Below, piece after piece: positions 37,646 to 50,124 of a stretch of DNA of 64,000 nucleotides (its first letter is position 1; every line of letters begins with the position of its first letter). Under the pieces are notes generated by a model, which was given only the letters and a program-made list of their open reading frames with translations, did not search any database and was not told the origin of the DNA. The stretch covers positions 13,640,001-13,704,000 of the forward strand of contig OX597838.1 in assembly GCA_951406725.2 (NCBI GenBank), read 5' to 3'. This DNA is from Octopus vulgaris. Lineage: Eukaryota. The translations under genes were made by a program, and so were the position numbers.

Positions 37646-37961
37646 ACTTGACGAAAAGCCGTCTCGATTTAACTATTATAAAATATAAGCAGCAGTGTTG
37701 CCAATATAATGGCTCCAGAGTTTTTTCCCTTACATCTATCTTTACTCTTATTTTGTACCTGTTTCAGACATTTGGCTGCAGCCATGCTGGAGCACCGCAT
37801 TTAGTCGAGCAAATCGACCCCGGGACTTATTCTTTGTTAGCCCAGTACTTATTCTATCGGTCTCTTTTTGCCGAACCGCTAAGTAACGGGGACATAAACA
37901 CACTAGCATCGGTTGTCAAGCAATGCTAGGGAGACAAACACAGACACACAAACATACACGC

Positions 37962-38000
<39 letters not shown>

Positions 38001-38654
38001 TACGACAGGCTTCTTTCAGTTTCCGTCTACCAAATCCACTCACAAGGCTTTGGTTGGCCCGAGGCTATAGTAGAAGACACTTGCCCAAGGTGCCACGCAG
38101 TGGGACTGAACCCGGAACCATGTGGTTAGTAAGCTACTTACTACACAGCCACTCCTGCGCCTATCTGTGAAAAATATATTAAATGCTGGTTTTACGTTAG
38201 GACTTCGACCTTTGTTGGAGTTTTATGGGCACCGTCGTGATCTTCAGCGATTTAAAACTTGACGGGATTCACCTCTCTCCGGATCCGAACACACCCAAAG
38301 TATTCCAGGATAGAATATGGACAGCTGGAATATATGTATTCTTCAACGTTCTACCGACTCATCTCACCCTTGTAAATTAGTGGTAAATTTTAATGAAGAC
38401 ATCATCATCATTGTTCGATCGTGGTCGAGACAATGGCATTTACCATGCTACGCCAGACTTCACGGTCCATCATGGCATTACGGAGGTCCTGTTGCTGGAT
38501 GCCTGTATCCCTGGAGATTACATCAGGGTAGGAGAGTGTGCGCCCTCTGGTATTGCGAGTAGATGGCTTCAGAGGAGAAGTGAGTAGGGAAATTACTCTA
38601 CTCTAAGAATATAATTAAACTGTGAAGGGAGGAAAAAAAAAACAACAGCAACAT

Positions 38655-38831
38655 GGTACTACTTAAGAGTGGTCCCGGTGCGCGCACTCGCGCTAGCTAG
38701 TCGTGACTAGTCGATCCTTACTTTGTGTTTTATTTACTTTGCTAGGTAGTCGTTGTAGGATCGACTAGTCACGACTAGCTAGCGCGAATACGCGAGTGCG
38801 CGCACCGGGACCACTCTTCCTAAGTAGTACT
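38655..38831. mobile_element. Merlin-type MITE (family M1)
   Basis: TIRs GGTACTACTTAAGAGTGGTCCCGG / CCGGGACCACTCTTCCTAAGTAGTACT; perfect 9-bp TSD CAGCAACAT. Sister copy at about 40666-40847 with the same TSD. Confidence 0.85.
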
Positions 38832-39260
38832 CAGCAACATTAGTTATAACATACTTATTCTAAGTACGGAGGGCAATTCCAGCCATGTTTTGGTCTTGTT
38901 AGACCATCTCTGCATAAACTCTAAAGTACTTGCCGTTGGCGGAATTCTAGTTTAAGCACTCCATATAATTCCTCATAACTTTTATTATTATTTTTTTAGA
39001 ATTTTCGGAATAATTTTGCGAATATGAGTTCAACACACGGTATTTCGGTTTTTGTTTTTTGTTTGGAAGACAATGCATGAACATCACAAAATCACTACAG
39101 TCCAGGAGTGGCTGTGTGGTAAGTAGCTTGTTTACCAACCGCATGGTTCCGGGTTCAGTCCCACTGCGTGACACCCTGGGCAAGTGTCCTCTACTATAGC
39201 CTCGGGCCGATCAAAGCCTTGTGAGTGGATTAGGTAGACGGAAACTGAAAGAAGCCCGTC

Positions 39261-39312
<52 letters not shown>

Positions 39313-39594
39313 GTGCGTGTATGTTTGTGTGTCGGTGTTTGTCCCCCTAGCATTGCTGGTGTGTTTATGTCCCCGTCATCTAGCGGTTCGGCAAAAGAGA
39401 CCGATAGAATAAGTACTGGGCTTACAAAGAATAAGTCCTGGGGTCGAGTTGCTCGATCAAAGGCGGTGCTCCAGCATGGCCGCAATCAAAATCACTGAAA
39501 CAAGCAAAAGAATAAGAGTAATCCCCTTAACTGCTTTAATAGCTTATTTACAAAAACCATTTCATTGCATTAATAAAATGTAAAAAAACTAAGT

Positions 39595-39667
39595 AGGTTC
39601 CGGCGAGGTTCGAACTCGCGGCCTTCTGCGTGTAAAGCAGACGTGATAACCACTACACCACGAAACC
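39595..39667 (-). tRNA. trnV-TAC: tRNA-Val(TAC), copy 2
   Basis: Identical to copy 1. Confidence 0.95.
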
Positions 39668-39978
39668 ACTTGACGAAAAGCCGTCTCGATTTAACTATTA
39701 TAAAATATAAGCAGCAGTGTTGCCAATATAATGGCTCCAGAGTTTTTTCCCTTACATCTATCTTTACTCTTGTACTTGTTTCAGACATTTGGCTGCAGCC
39801 ATGCTGGAGCACCGCATTTAGTCGAGCAAATCGACCCCGGGACTTATTCTTTGTTAGCCCAGTACTTATTCTATCGGTCTCTTTTTGCCGAACCGCTAAG
39901 TAACGGGGACATAAACACACTAGCATCGGTTGTCAAGCAATGCTAGGGAGACAAACACAGACACACAAACATACACGC

Positions 39979-40017
<39 letters not shown>

Positions 40018-42619
40018 TACGACAGGCTTCTTTCAGTTTCCGTCTACCAAATCCACTCACAAGGCTTTGGTTGGCCCGAGGCTATAGTAGAAGACACTTG
40101 CCCAAGGTGCCACGCAGTGGGACTGAACCCGGAACCATGTGGTTAGTAAGCAAGCTACTTACTACACAGCCACTCCTGCGCCTATCTGTGAAAAATATAT
40201 TAAATGCTGGTTTTACGTTAGGACTTCGACCTTTGTTGGAGTTTTATGGGCACCGTCGTGATCTTCAGCGATTTAAAACTTGACGGGATTCACCTCTCTC
40301 CGGATCCGAACACACCCAAAGTATTCCAGGATAGAATATGGACAGCTGGAATATATGTATTCTTCAACGTTCTACCGACTTGTAAATTAGTGGTAAATTT
40401 TAATGAAGACATCATCATCATTGTTCGATCGTGGTCGAGACAATGGAATTTACCATGCTACGCCAGACTTCACGGTCCATCATGGCATTACGGAGGTCCT
40501 GTTGCTGGATGCCTGTATCCCTGGAGATTACATCAGGGTAGGAGAGTGTGCGCCCTCTGGTATTGCGAGTAGATGGCTTCCAGAGGAGAAGAGTAGAAAT
40601 TACTCTACTCTAAGAATATAATTAAACTGTGAAGGGAGGAAAAAAAAAAAAAACAACAGCAACATGGTACTACTTAAGAGTGGTCCCGGTGCGCGCACTC
40701 GCGCTAGCTAGTCGTGACTAGTCGATCCTTACTTTGTGTTTTATTTACTTTGTTTCAAAAAATTATTTATTTTGTGTTTTATTTACTTTGCTAGGTAGTC
40801 GTTGTAGGATCGACTAGTCACCGGGACCACTCTTCCTAAGTAGTACTCAGCAACATTAGTTATAACATACTTATTCTAAGTACGGAGGGCAATTCCAGCC
40901 ATGTTTTGGTCTTGTTAGACCATCTTTGCATAAACTCTAAAGTACTTGCCGTTGGCAGAATTCTAGTTTAAGCACTCCATATAATTCCTCATAACTTTTA
41001 TTATTATTTTTTTAGAATTTTCGGAATAATTTTGCGAATATGAGTTCAAAACATGGTAATTCCGTTTTTTTTTTTGTTTGGAAGACAATTGAGCAAATGT
41101 TTGCAAAGCGGATTAAATTATTTTGCCTTGAGAAAAGTGTGTAAGTGGCTGAGCACTCCACAGACACGTACACCCTTAACGTAGTTCTCGGGGATATTCA
41201 GCATGACACAGAGAGTGACAAGCCGGCCCCTTGAAATACAGGTACAACAGAAACAGGAAGTAAGAGTGAGAGAAAGTTGTGGTGAAAGAGTACAGCAGGG
41301 ATCACCACCATCCCCTGCCGGAGCCTCGTGGAGCTTTTTAGGTGTTTTCGCTCAATAAACACTCAAACGCCCGGTCTGGTCTGGGAATCGAAACCGCGAG
41401 TCCGCTGCCCTACCACTGGGCCATTGCGCCTCCACACATGGTCAAGTAGCTCCCTTCGATTAGGAGTGGTGAAAGGCAAGGTCGACCTTGGTGGAATTTG
41501 AACTCAGAATAAAGACGGACGAAATACTGCTAAGCATTTCGTCCGTTGTGTTAACGATTCTTCCATAGAAATGTAATAATCCTTATTTTGGCACAAGGCC
41601 AGCAATTCTGTGGGACGGGGAAGTCAATTGCATCAACACCAGTGCTCAACTGGGACTTAGAACCAACTCTTCTCATGGATTCATCATTTGTGATGTCGTC
41701 ATGCCAGGTAATCGTTGCAATATTTCTAAGTCACTGGTCAGGAAAAACATTCACCGTATTGCAAATCCCATCTGTCTGCTTTTGTATTTACTCCTTTACT
41801 TGTTTCAGCCATTTTACTGCGGCCATGCTGGAGCACCGCCTCTAGTCGAGCAAATCGACCCCGGGACTAATTCTTTGTAAGCCCAGTACTTATTCTATCG
41901 GTCTCTTTTGCCGAACCGCTAAGTGACGGGGACGTAAACACACCAGCATCGGTTGTCAATCCACTCACAAGGCATTGGTCGGCCCGAGGCTATAGTAGAA
42001 GACTCTTGCTCAAGGTGCCACGCAGTGGGACTGAACCCGGAACCATGTGGTTGGTTAGCAAGCTACTTACCACACAGCCACTCCTGCGCCTATATTTCAA
42101 AGTGTTTAGTTAAAAAAAAAACGTGCACGAGATGGAATAGATCCTTAATGGATCCCTTGGTGAGTGGAAGTACATAATAGTCCCAATCTTTGGAAAACTA
42201 CGATCGCTTGGCCAAGTCTGATCTTGACATAAATTTTTAATTTCTACCAATGTTTCTGCTTTTTATTATTATTATGGGTTTTTCCACGAGTAACCTTTCG
42301 AAGCGCCACCCCCTATTGGGAGTTTTTACTTGTTATATTTTCGTTAACTTGCATTTTTACACGAACTTTTCAAACAGACAAAACCCTTTTTGTAACTTTC
42401 GTCCTTGCATGTTTTATTTGATTTTTGCCAGCCCTTGTGGCCAATAAACGAATTAATTATATATTATTATTATTATTTATGCCTGATACTTATTCTACTA
42501 GTCTCTTTCGCCAAATCGCTAAGTTACAGGGACATAAACAAACCAACAGTGGTTGTTGCACAGTGGTGAGGGGCAAACACAGACACAATACTAAAAATCT
42601 TTGGTAAATACGGTATTTG

Positions 42620-43100
42620 GCCATCCTTTTTTTTTTGTACGCTGTTCGTAATGAGATGAATAATGACATCTGAATGTCCTGTTGCCGGACATAGGGTCTT
42701 CTAGCAGCCATCCTCTTGACCCAGGGCAGCACTACCTCCCCCAGGCACTTGAAATAGGCCTCCGTGTTGAGTCTGAGGCCGTGTGGGAAGATGAAGGGAG
42801 CATAATGTCACCATCATCAGTAATCACTTCAAACACTAGGTTTGATTTTTATCACTCTCGCTACATGTTTTTAGGGGTATGGCAATCCAACAGCTGTCCC
42901 GTGCGTTCACCATCTGATCCTGGCAGAAAGTCTTCTCATCTGAGAAAAACCAAAGCACGTTCGGTTGGAGGAGGAGGTTTGAGTTTGTTCAAAAGCTTTG
43001 TAGCATGGTCTTTCCTCTTCTCCTTGATGGCCCTTTCTCATCATGTATGAGGTATACTGAATGTCTTTATGCAGTATCTGCCTAATAAGAAACTCGAGTG
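42620..43100 (-). mobile_element. Old maT/Tc1-like transposase remnant
   Basis: Minus-strand peptides HKDIQYTSYMMRKG, WFFSDEKTFCQDQMVN and RRPYVRQQD align with the 29635-30890 transposase. Confidence 0.75.
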
Positions 43101-43449
43101 TGGAAGGTTTACATAATGGATACATTTCCCGTTATATGTTAAGCAAACCTGGAATGTATTAAATGATTTCAAAATATCATTATTTGGTTGAACTTCATTC
43201 ATTATTACAATTGTGTGCAGAAGGGATTATAATCTAAGCTGTGCCCTCATGCACATTCCAGTAATCAAAAGTATGTATTTAGATGCTGTATTTTAAAATT
43301 CTAAATGAGGTATACATACAAGTTGTAAGTTCTGATGAAGGATATTGCAGAGTAAGTATACATCAAAACAAAAACTAGAAAATTTCGTATATTTTTAACT
43401 AGCAGAGATACCAGGCATTGCTCAGGATTAAAATGGAATAATTTGTATA

Positions 43450-43725
43450 TCTTTATATATAAAAGAGAAGTTGCGTGTCTGTCTCCTACGATTTAGATTC
43501 CTAACTACTCCAACATTTTGCGGTGCAGTTTAACCAAAACCGGGTATCTTATAGTCGTGATTCATATCGAGCCCTTCTGGGTATTAGCGCGTGTCTACGA
43601 TTTAAAAAAAATTTACCATCATTTTTTCCCCATTTTTAATGCATTTTTTTTGCTATTTTTTGGCTATAACTCTCTAAAAATGCTTATATAGTTATTTCCC
43701 TTACAAACCCGAGCGATACTGCTAG
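43450..43725 (+). mobile_element. Short Helitron copy (same family as 32953-34278)
   Basis: A|TCTTTATATATAAAAG...GATACTGCTAG|T, i.e. inserted between A and T; 3' hairpin partly deleted. An older opposite-strand 3' end lies at about 43399-43440. Confidence 0.8.
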
Positions 43726-44722
43726 TATATATATATATATTACAGTTATGTTGAAACAAGTGATATGGGAAAGTGTAACAGTGACGACAAATCATTTGAG
43801 GAGTAAATAGTAGGCTAATTCGACTAAGCGACATGTCATGTGTCCGTTTGGAGGATTTCAGGCCCTAACCTGTCATAGAAAATTCAGGGTGGTGGGTATG
43901 TGATTTTTGAACACACCGAAAAGCTGTGAGTAGGTATCTCCTTTGTGGCGGTCAGGGCTGCGTCCAACGACCGATCGTCTGAAGCTTTGACACCTCCTTC
44001 GGGTCTGTTGTCATACATAAAGTAAATTTGGAGGAACTTTGGTTGTTCATTTGTGGGTGAAGACTGCGCTGAAATGGTATGTGATGTATATTCTCTTTTA
44101 TTCTTTTACTTGTTTCAGTCATTTGACTGCGGCCATGCTGGAGCACCGCCTTTAGTCGAGCAAATCGACCCCAGGACTTATTCTTTGTAAGCCCAGTACT
44201 TATTCTATCGGTCTCTTTTGCCGAAGCACTAAGTGATGGGGACGTAAACACACCAGCATCGGTTGTCAAGCAATGCTAGGGGGACAAACACAGACACACA
44301 TACATATATACGACAGGCTTCTTTCAGTTTCCGTCTACCAAATCCACTCACAAGACATTGGTCGGCCCGGGGCTATAGCAGAAGATACTTGCCCAAGATG
44401 CCATGCAGTGGGACTGAACCCGGTACCGTGTGGTTGGTTAGCAAGCTACTTACCACACAGCCACTCCTGCGCCTATGGATGAGGACAGCTGCATAAAGTG
44501 CTGATCTCTATGGAGGGATCCTGTGGAAGAGGTAAACCCAGGAAGATGTGAGACGAGGTGGTGGAATATGATCTTCGGATGTTGAGTTCCATGGATGCAA
44601 TGACGAGTGACTAAGACTTTGGGGGATTTGCTGTGCTTATGAAGAGATGTTAAGCTGAAGTGAAACTGTAGTCGTGGCCAGCGCCAGTAACATGTAAAAG
44701 ACATCCAGTACACTCTATAGAG

Positions 44723-44919
44723 CAGTGGTTTTCAACCAGGGTTCCGCCAGTACAATCCAGGGGTTCTGCAAGAAGTTACAAAACTGCTAAAATCGGCAGT
44801 AATTTTTAATTCTCCTGTGCAGATATGTGTGCGTAAGACAAATTATTGCACAGGGGTTCCTCGAGCCAGTGAAATGTTTTCTTGGGGTTCCGCTCTAGCA
44901 AAAAGTTTGAAAAGCACTG
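44723..44919. mobile_element. hAT (Buster/Charlie-like) MITE
   Basis: TIRs CAGTGGTTTTCAA / TTGAAAAGCACTG; perfect 8-bp TSD CTATAGAG (nnnTAnnn). Confidence 0.9.
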
Positions 44920-45696
44920 CTATAGAGTGTTTAGCATTGGGAAGGGCAACCGGCTATAGAAACCAAGCCAGGACAGACTGGAACCCGGTGCAGCTCTCTG
45001 GCTTACCAGCTCTAGTCAAACCATCTAACCCATGCCAGCATGAAAAAACAGACTTTCAATGATGATGGTGTATTCATCATCATCATCATCATCATCATTG
45101 TTTAGCGTCCGCTTTCCATGCTTGCATGGGTTGGACGGTTCAACTGGGGTCTGGGAAGCCAGGAGGCTGCACCAGACCCAGTTTGATCGGGCAATGTTTC
45201 TACAGTTCAATGCTCTTCCTAACGCCAACCACTCCATGAGTGCAGTGGGTGCTTTTTACGTGCCAGACGAGTCTGGCAAACGGCCACGAATGGATGGTGC
45301 TTTTTACGTGCCACCGGCACGAGGCCAGTCGGGGCGGCGCTGGCAACGGCCACGTTCGGATGGTTCTCTTACGTGCCACCAGCACTGGTAACTCAGCTGC
45401 AATTTCCATTGATTGATTTCGATTCAGATTCTCACTTGCCTCAACAGGTCTTCACAAGTAGAGTATTATATATATATATATATTTTAGTAACACAATTCG
45501 TGAAAAGGTTAAAGAAACATGAACAAGGACAAAAAGGGTGTAAATATATCATCTTTATTTATAACTTATTTTTACATAATATATACACATATAATACATT
45601 TTTACATAATATATACACATATGATACATATAATAATTTTACAAATGCAAAGGATCTGCAGTGTTTCCACTAAAAGTACTCAGAATACTCAAAGAG

Positions 45697-46055
45697 GTAG
45701 CGTTTAGACAAAACTATCCTGTTGAGGTGCAGGAGGGGGGGGTATATATATAAAAATTAAAAGAAGAAAAAGATTAAAAAAGAGAAATAGGTAGCTTTTA
45801 GACAAAACTATCCTGTTGAGGTGCAGGAGGGGGGTATATATATAAAATTAAAAGAAGAAAAAGATTAAAAAAGAGAAATAGGTAGCTTTTAGACAAAACT
45901 ATCCTGTTGAGGTGCAGGAGGGGGGGGTATATATATAAAAATTAAAAGAAGAAAAAGATTTAGCTTTTAGACAAAACTATCCTGTTGAGGTGCAGGAGGG
46001 GGGGGGTATATATATAAAAATTAAAAGAAGAAAAAGATTAAAAAAGAGAAATAGC
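45697..46055. repeat. Minisatellite, 4 copies of about 90 bp
   Basis: Unit TAGCTTTTAGACAAAACTATCCTGTTGAGGTGCAGGAGGGGGGTATATATATAAAATTAAAAGAAGAAAAAGATT... Confidence 0.9.
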
Positions 46056-46479
46056 TTCAATAGAAGATTTGAATGTGTAACAGGTATTCATGTATACTTT
46101 TTTTTTTTTTTTTTTTTTACTTGTTTCAGTCTTAGACTGTGGCCATGCTGGGGCACCAGCTCGAAGAATTTTAGTCGAATGAATTGACCCGACTACCTTT
46201 TGATTTTAAAACCTGATACTTATTCTATTTATCTCTTTTGCTGCACCGCTAAGTTACCAGCTGTCTAGTGGTGGTCAGGAACAAGCACAGATGCAAGGAT
46301 GCACACACATAAAAAAAAAAAAATTGAAATTGCAGGTTTTCAGAAGATATTAGATGCGTTTTTATGTCCCTTAATAGTTTTCGAGACATTCAATGTCAAA
46401 ATGTGCCCAAGACTTCTGGAACACCCTGAATATATATTGAATTCACCACATATGAGGGTGTCACTGCAAAAATAAGGAT

Positions 46480-48110
46480 CCTCCATTTCACCACTACATA
46501 AGAGAGAAGTGGAAAAGATACCTAGATGACTGCTTTATCATTTGAAATTGCAACTGGATAGATACTTAAGCACCATTAGAGATGAACCCCATCTCCCAGG
46601 ATATACACAACGAGCACAAACTGACTCAAACTTGCTCCTACACATGTCAAAATTAAACAGAGAATACAACCTGGCAACCACACCAGACTCTGAGGGTGGA
46701 GTCTTCGACTTGGCCTGAGCATGGGCTCAAACTCGAATGAAATAAAATGAAATGAAAGGACACCATTGATAAACTTTTGGAGTTCAAATCAATACCAAAT
46801 AATATAAACTCTAACATTCAACTCAATGGAATATTACAAAAAACAGCTCACTTTTTTGGATATTATGATAAAAAAAAAATCAATAACCAAATTATAACTG
46901 ACATCTACTAGGAACCCATGGACTCAAAAAGTAACATCTCTTGTGTAGGTCATGCCACCTGAAACACATCAACAGAAACATCCCCTTTTATTTAGCAAAT
47001 TCGTATAATGGTTGCATGTATATTTTATTTAGTATAAAATTTTGTTTGATTTCCTTCGTTATTATCAGGGTAATGGCAATTTCACTGAAATTTTTTAGGG
47101 GTGTACATACTTCTGTGAGATACCGTATGTAGTTATTTAATTCTATTTGTACTAACAGCATCCCTTCCCAGTGGAGGAGCAGTAATATGAATGATGGAAG
47201 ATTAAATGCTGGGACAACTGTTGGCAAACTCTCATTAGAATCTTCTTTTCAGATACCAAAAGCCACAGTTCCCTCGCCCCATGTTACTTCCTGCCTCCCC
47301 ATACATTCCCTGTCAAAATAGGTACATTGAAAGGTAGGTCTGGTGAGATTGTTGAGATGTTTGAACAAAGAAATGTTGATGTTTGTTGCATTGAAGAAGG
47401 TGGAGGGGAGCTTCAGCCAAGTTCCTCACAAGCAGAGAAACAGGTGAAGCAGAGAATAAGGTGATTGAGGTAGACAGAGTGAAGTGATAAGGTACTCAAG
47501 CTTAGACTAGTTTTACAGAGCTCAACAGCAACGATCACCTAAGCCTATACTCCACAACCAAGTCTGATAAATGAATAAAAGGACTTGGCAAATTCATAAA
47601 ACATGTGGATCAAGTACGAGGCAAGGAGATACCTATGCCCTTTTGGAAAGGGTTCAATGTAATCCCAAAGGATGTGGGGAAAAAACTAAGCAGCTCCACT
47701 TCATTAAAACATGCATCTCCTCCAAGCTATATACACAAAATCTGTCAATTCAGATGCCAAGCGGTTAGGACCCACAGAACATCAAGGAAGAAAACTAAAA
47801 CATACGATGTTACAAAACATCAAACAGAAAATATACACAGAAATCAACCAGTACCAAAAACGAAAGAGAGTCCTGCTGCATGAACTAAAAAAACACCACT
47901 ACTCCACACGAAAGAGACACATTCATGACAAACATCCGACAAGAATACCGCCGAGTTAACCGTGCCTGTAACAAACACTTCAACAATAAACTCAAGTGGA
48001 TGAAACAGCAACAACAACAATCCCAGCATGGTAAGAATCTATACGGATACCCAAACAATATTGACGGGATTATCACGTCAGAATGTAAACTACAAGAGGA
48101 TTCCTTATAA
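46480..48110 (+). mobile_element. Patchwork of decayed retroelement fragments
   Basis: LDRYLSTIRDEPHLPGY (LINE C-terminus, about 46550); LTFLDIMI...ITDIY...SCHLKHINRNIPFYLA (Penelope RT thumb, about 46840-46997); GTLKGRSGEIVEMFEQRNVDVCCI (RTE endonuclease, about 47320). Confidence 0.6.
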
Positions 48111-48156
48111 GATTCCTTACAAGAGGATTCCTTATATCAGACCTCATCACTTGACA

Positions 48157-48205
<49 letters not shown>

Positions 48206-48915
48206 AAAAGCAATAAAGATTCAAGTTAATTTAAATGAATTTACTTGAATATGGTACCTAACTTAGATGCACCAAAAAAAACTATACTGATTTAACAATA
48301 CAGTAATGTGGGGTGATTATAAGCGAGAATGAAGCAACAAGAATGGATAGGTTTTTAGTACAATCGTTTCATACAAGGACAGGTTTTATTAAAAGTTGCA
48401 AAAATTACAGCATATAAACGTGTCCCGTACTCATCCAACCTCAGTATAACGTATGAACCGGGCACTAAAATAGTTAATTTCCTAGATATTACGCTAGACC
48501 TTAACTCCAAGCTACATTACCCATTTAGAAAGGAAGGTGAAATCACGAATTACGTAAATAAATTATCAAATCATCCCCCAAATATTATAGAATCTTTAGT
48601 AAGAAATATTTCATTAAGAATTTCAAAATTATCATCCAATAAGGATATTTTTAACTCCCATTCTGAGCATTATAATGCGGCGTTAACTAAGGCTGGATAC
48701 AACCAAAAGATTACATTCGTTGATAGGGGAACTCGCGTATTCCTAATAATGAAGTTATCAATAATCACGTAAGCAGCAATAAAGACCAAGCCCGAAATAA
48801 AAGTAGAATTAAACTAACGGTAAACGCTAATCTAGCGTACAGGCCCAACAATTCAAATAGAAACATTGACCAGAACATAGGTAACTCGGATAATATTGAA
48901 GTAGATAAACCTAAG

Positions 48916-50124
48916 ATGCACACAAATAAAAATAAAAATAATGGTAATAAATACAATAACTCCGGTGAGATGAATAGTAATAATTCTACGAACCCTAAAT
49001 TTAATAAAAAAGATATATTATGGCTGAATATTCCTTTCAACTGTGCGATACAATCGGATATACAGAACAAATTCAAAGTGATTCTGGAAAAAAATTTCCC
49101 TATCTCTCATAGATATCATAGAATTATTTCTAGGAAAACAGTTAGGATTTCTTATTCAACCCTCCCAAATATGTCCACTTTAATAGCTAAGATTAATAAT
49201 AACAACATTAAACTAGCCAGGAAAGATAGAAATAAAAATAATAATATCAGCATGAATACCAATAGCAATTGTAATAATACTACCAACAATAAAAACAGCA
49301 ATAGTAACTATCAAAACATAGGTGAAATTAGTAACCACAGAATGACTAATAACATTAACATTAATAGTAATAATAGCAATGCCGATATTAATAGAAGTAA
49401 TAATGTTAATAATAGAAATAATAGAAATAGGGAAAATAGAGAAAATAAGGAGAATGAAAATATTAGTGATATCTATAACAACAATATGCAGTCGGATAAA
49501 AAGACTAGCAATAATATTAACATTACCAATAATATAAGAAATCATGGTAGGACTTTAGATCTAAATAATGAAACAGAAGGATCAAGAAATAATAGCAATA
49601 CTTTAGATATCAGCACCAACTATAGAAATGATAATCAAAATAATAGGAACCTAAAACATCTACCCAAGAATAATCCAAAGCCTGAAGGTGTTCCTCCTGT
49701 GTGTAAGTGTAGAATAAAATCAAAATGCCCGGCACCTGGTCTATGTGGGGAAAATAATGTAATCTATAAATGTACCATATCCACGGAGAATAACAAATAT
49801 TATTACATTGGATGTACAATTAATTTTTTAGCTAGAGTTAGAAATCACATCTCGACTTTTAAATTACGTCATAAAGCTGGTACCACCACACTTTCAAACA
49901 AAATCTGGGAACTCAAAAATAATAATAAAAATTATAACCTTAATTGGGAAATAGTTAGGAGAGCAATTCCGTATAAAAATAGTAGGGTTGGTTGCCAACT
50001 ATGCTCCATGGAGACATATGAAATTCTAAAGCATAGAAAACATAGAAACCTATTGAATAACCATATCGAACTAGGTCAAGTTTGTGTCCACGCTAAATTG
50101 AAGACTTTAAAATATTTTAAATGA
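48916..50124 (+). pseudogene. Penelope ORF fragment: Asn-rich linker + GIY-YIG endonuclease
   Basis: Open frame of 402 aa with GIY-YIG-type VIY...YIG motifs and flanking Cys clusters; frameshifted from the upstream RT thumb. Confidence 0.85.

Larger units (their letters stand above)
37088..41089. repeat. Tandem duplication of a 2-kb unit (37088-39071 and 39072-41089)
   Basis: Both units read SINE(+), tRNA-Val, SINE(-), unique GC-richer segment, M1 MITE; near-identical with small indels. Confidence 0.92.
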
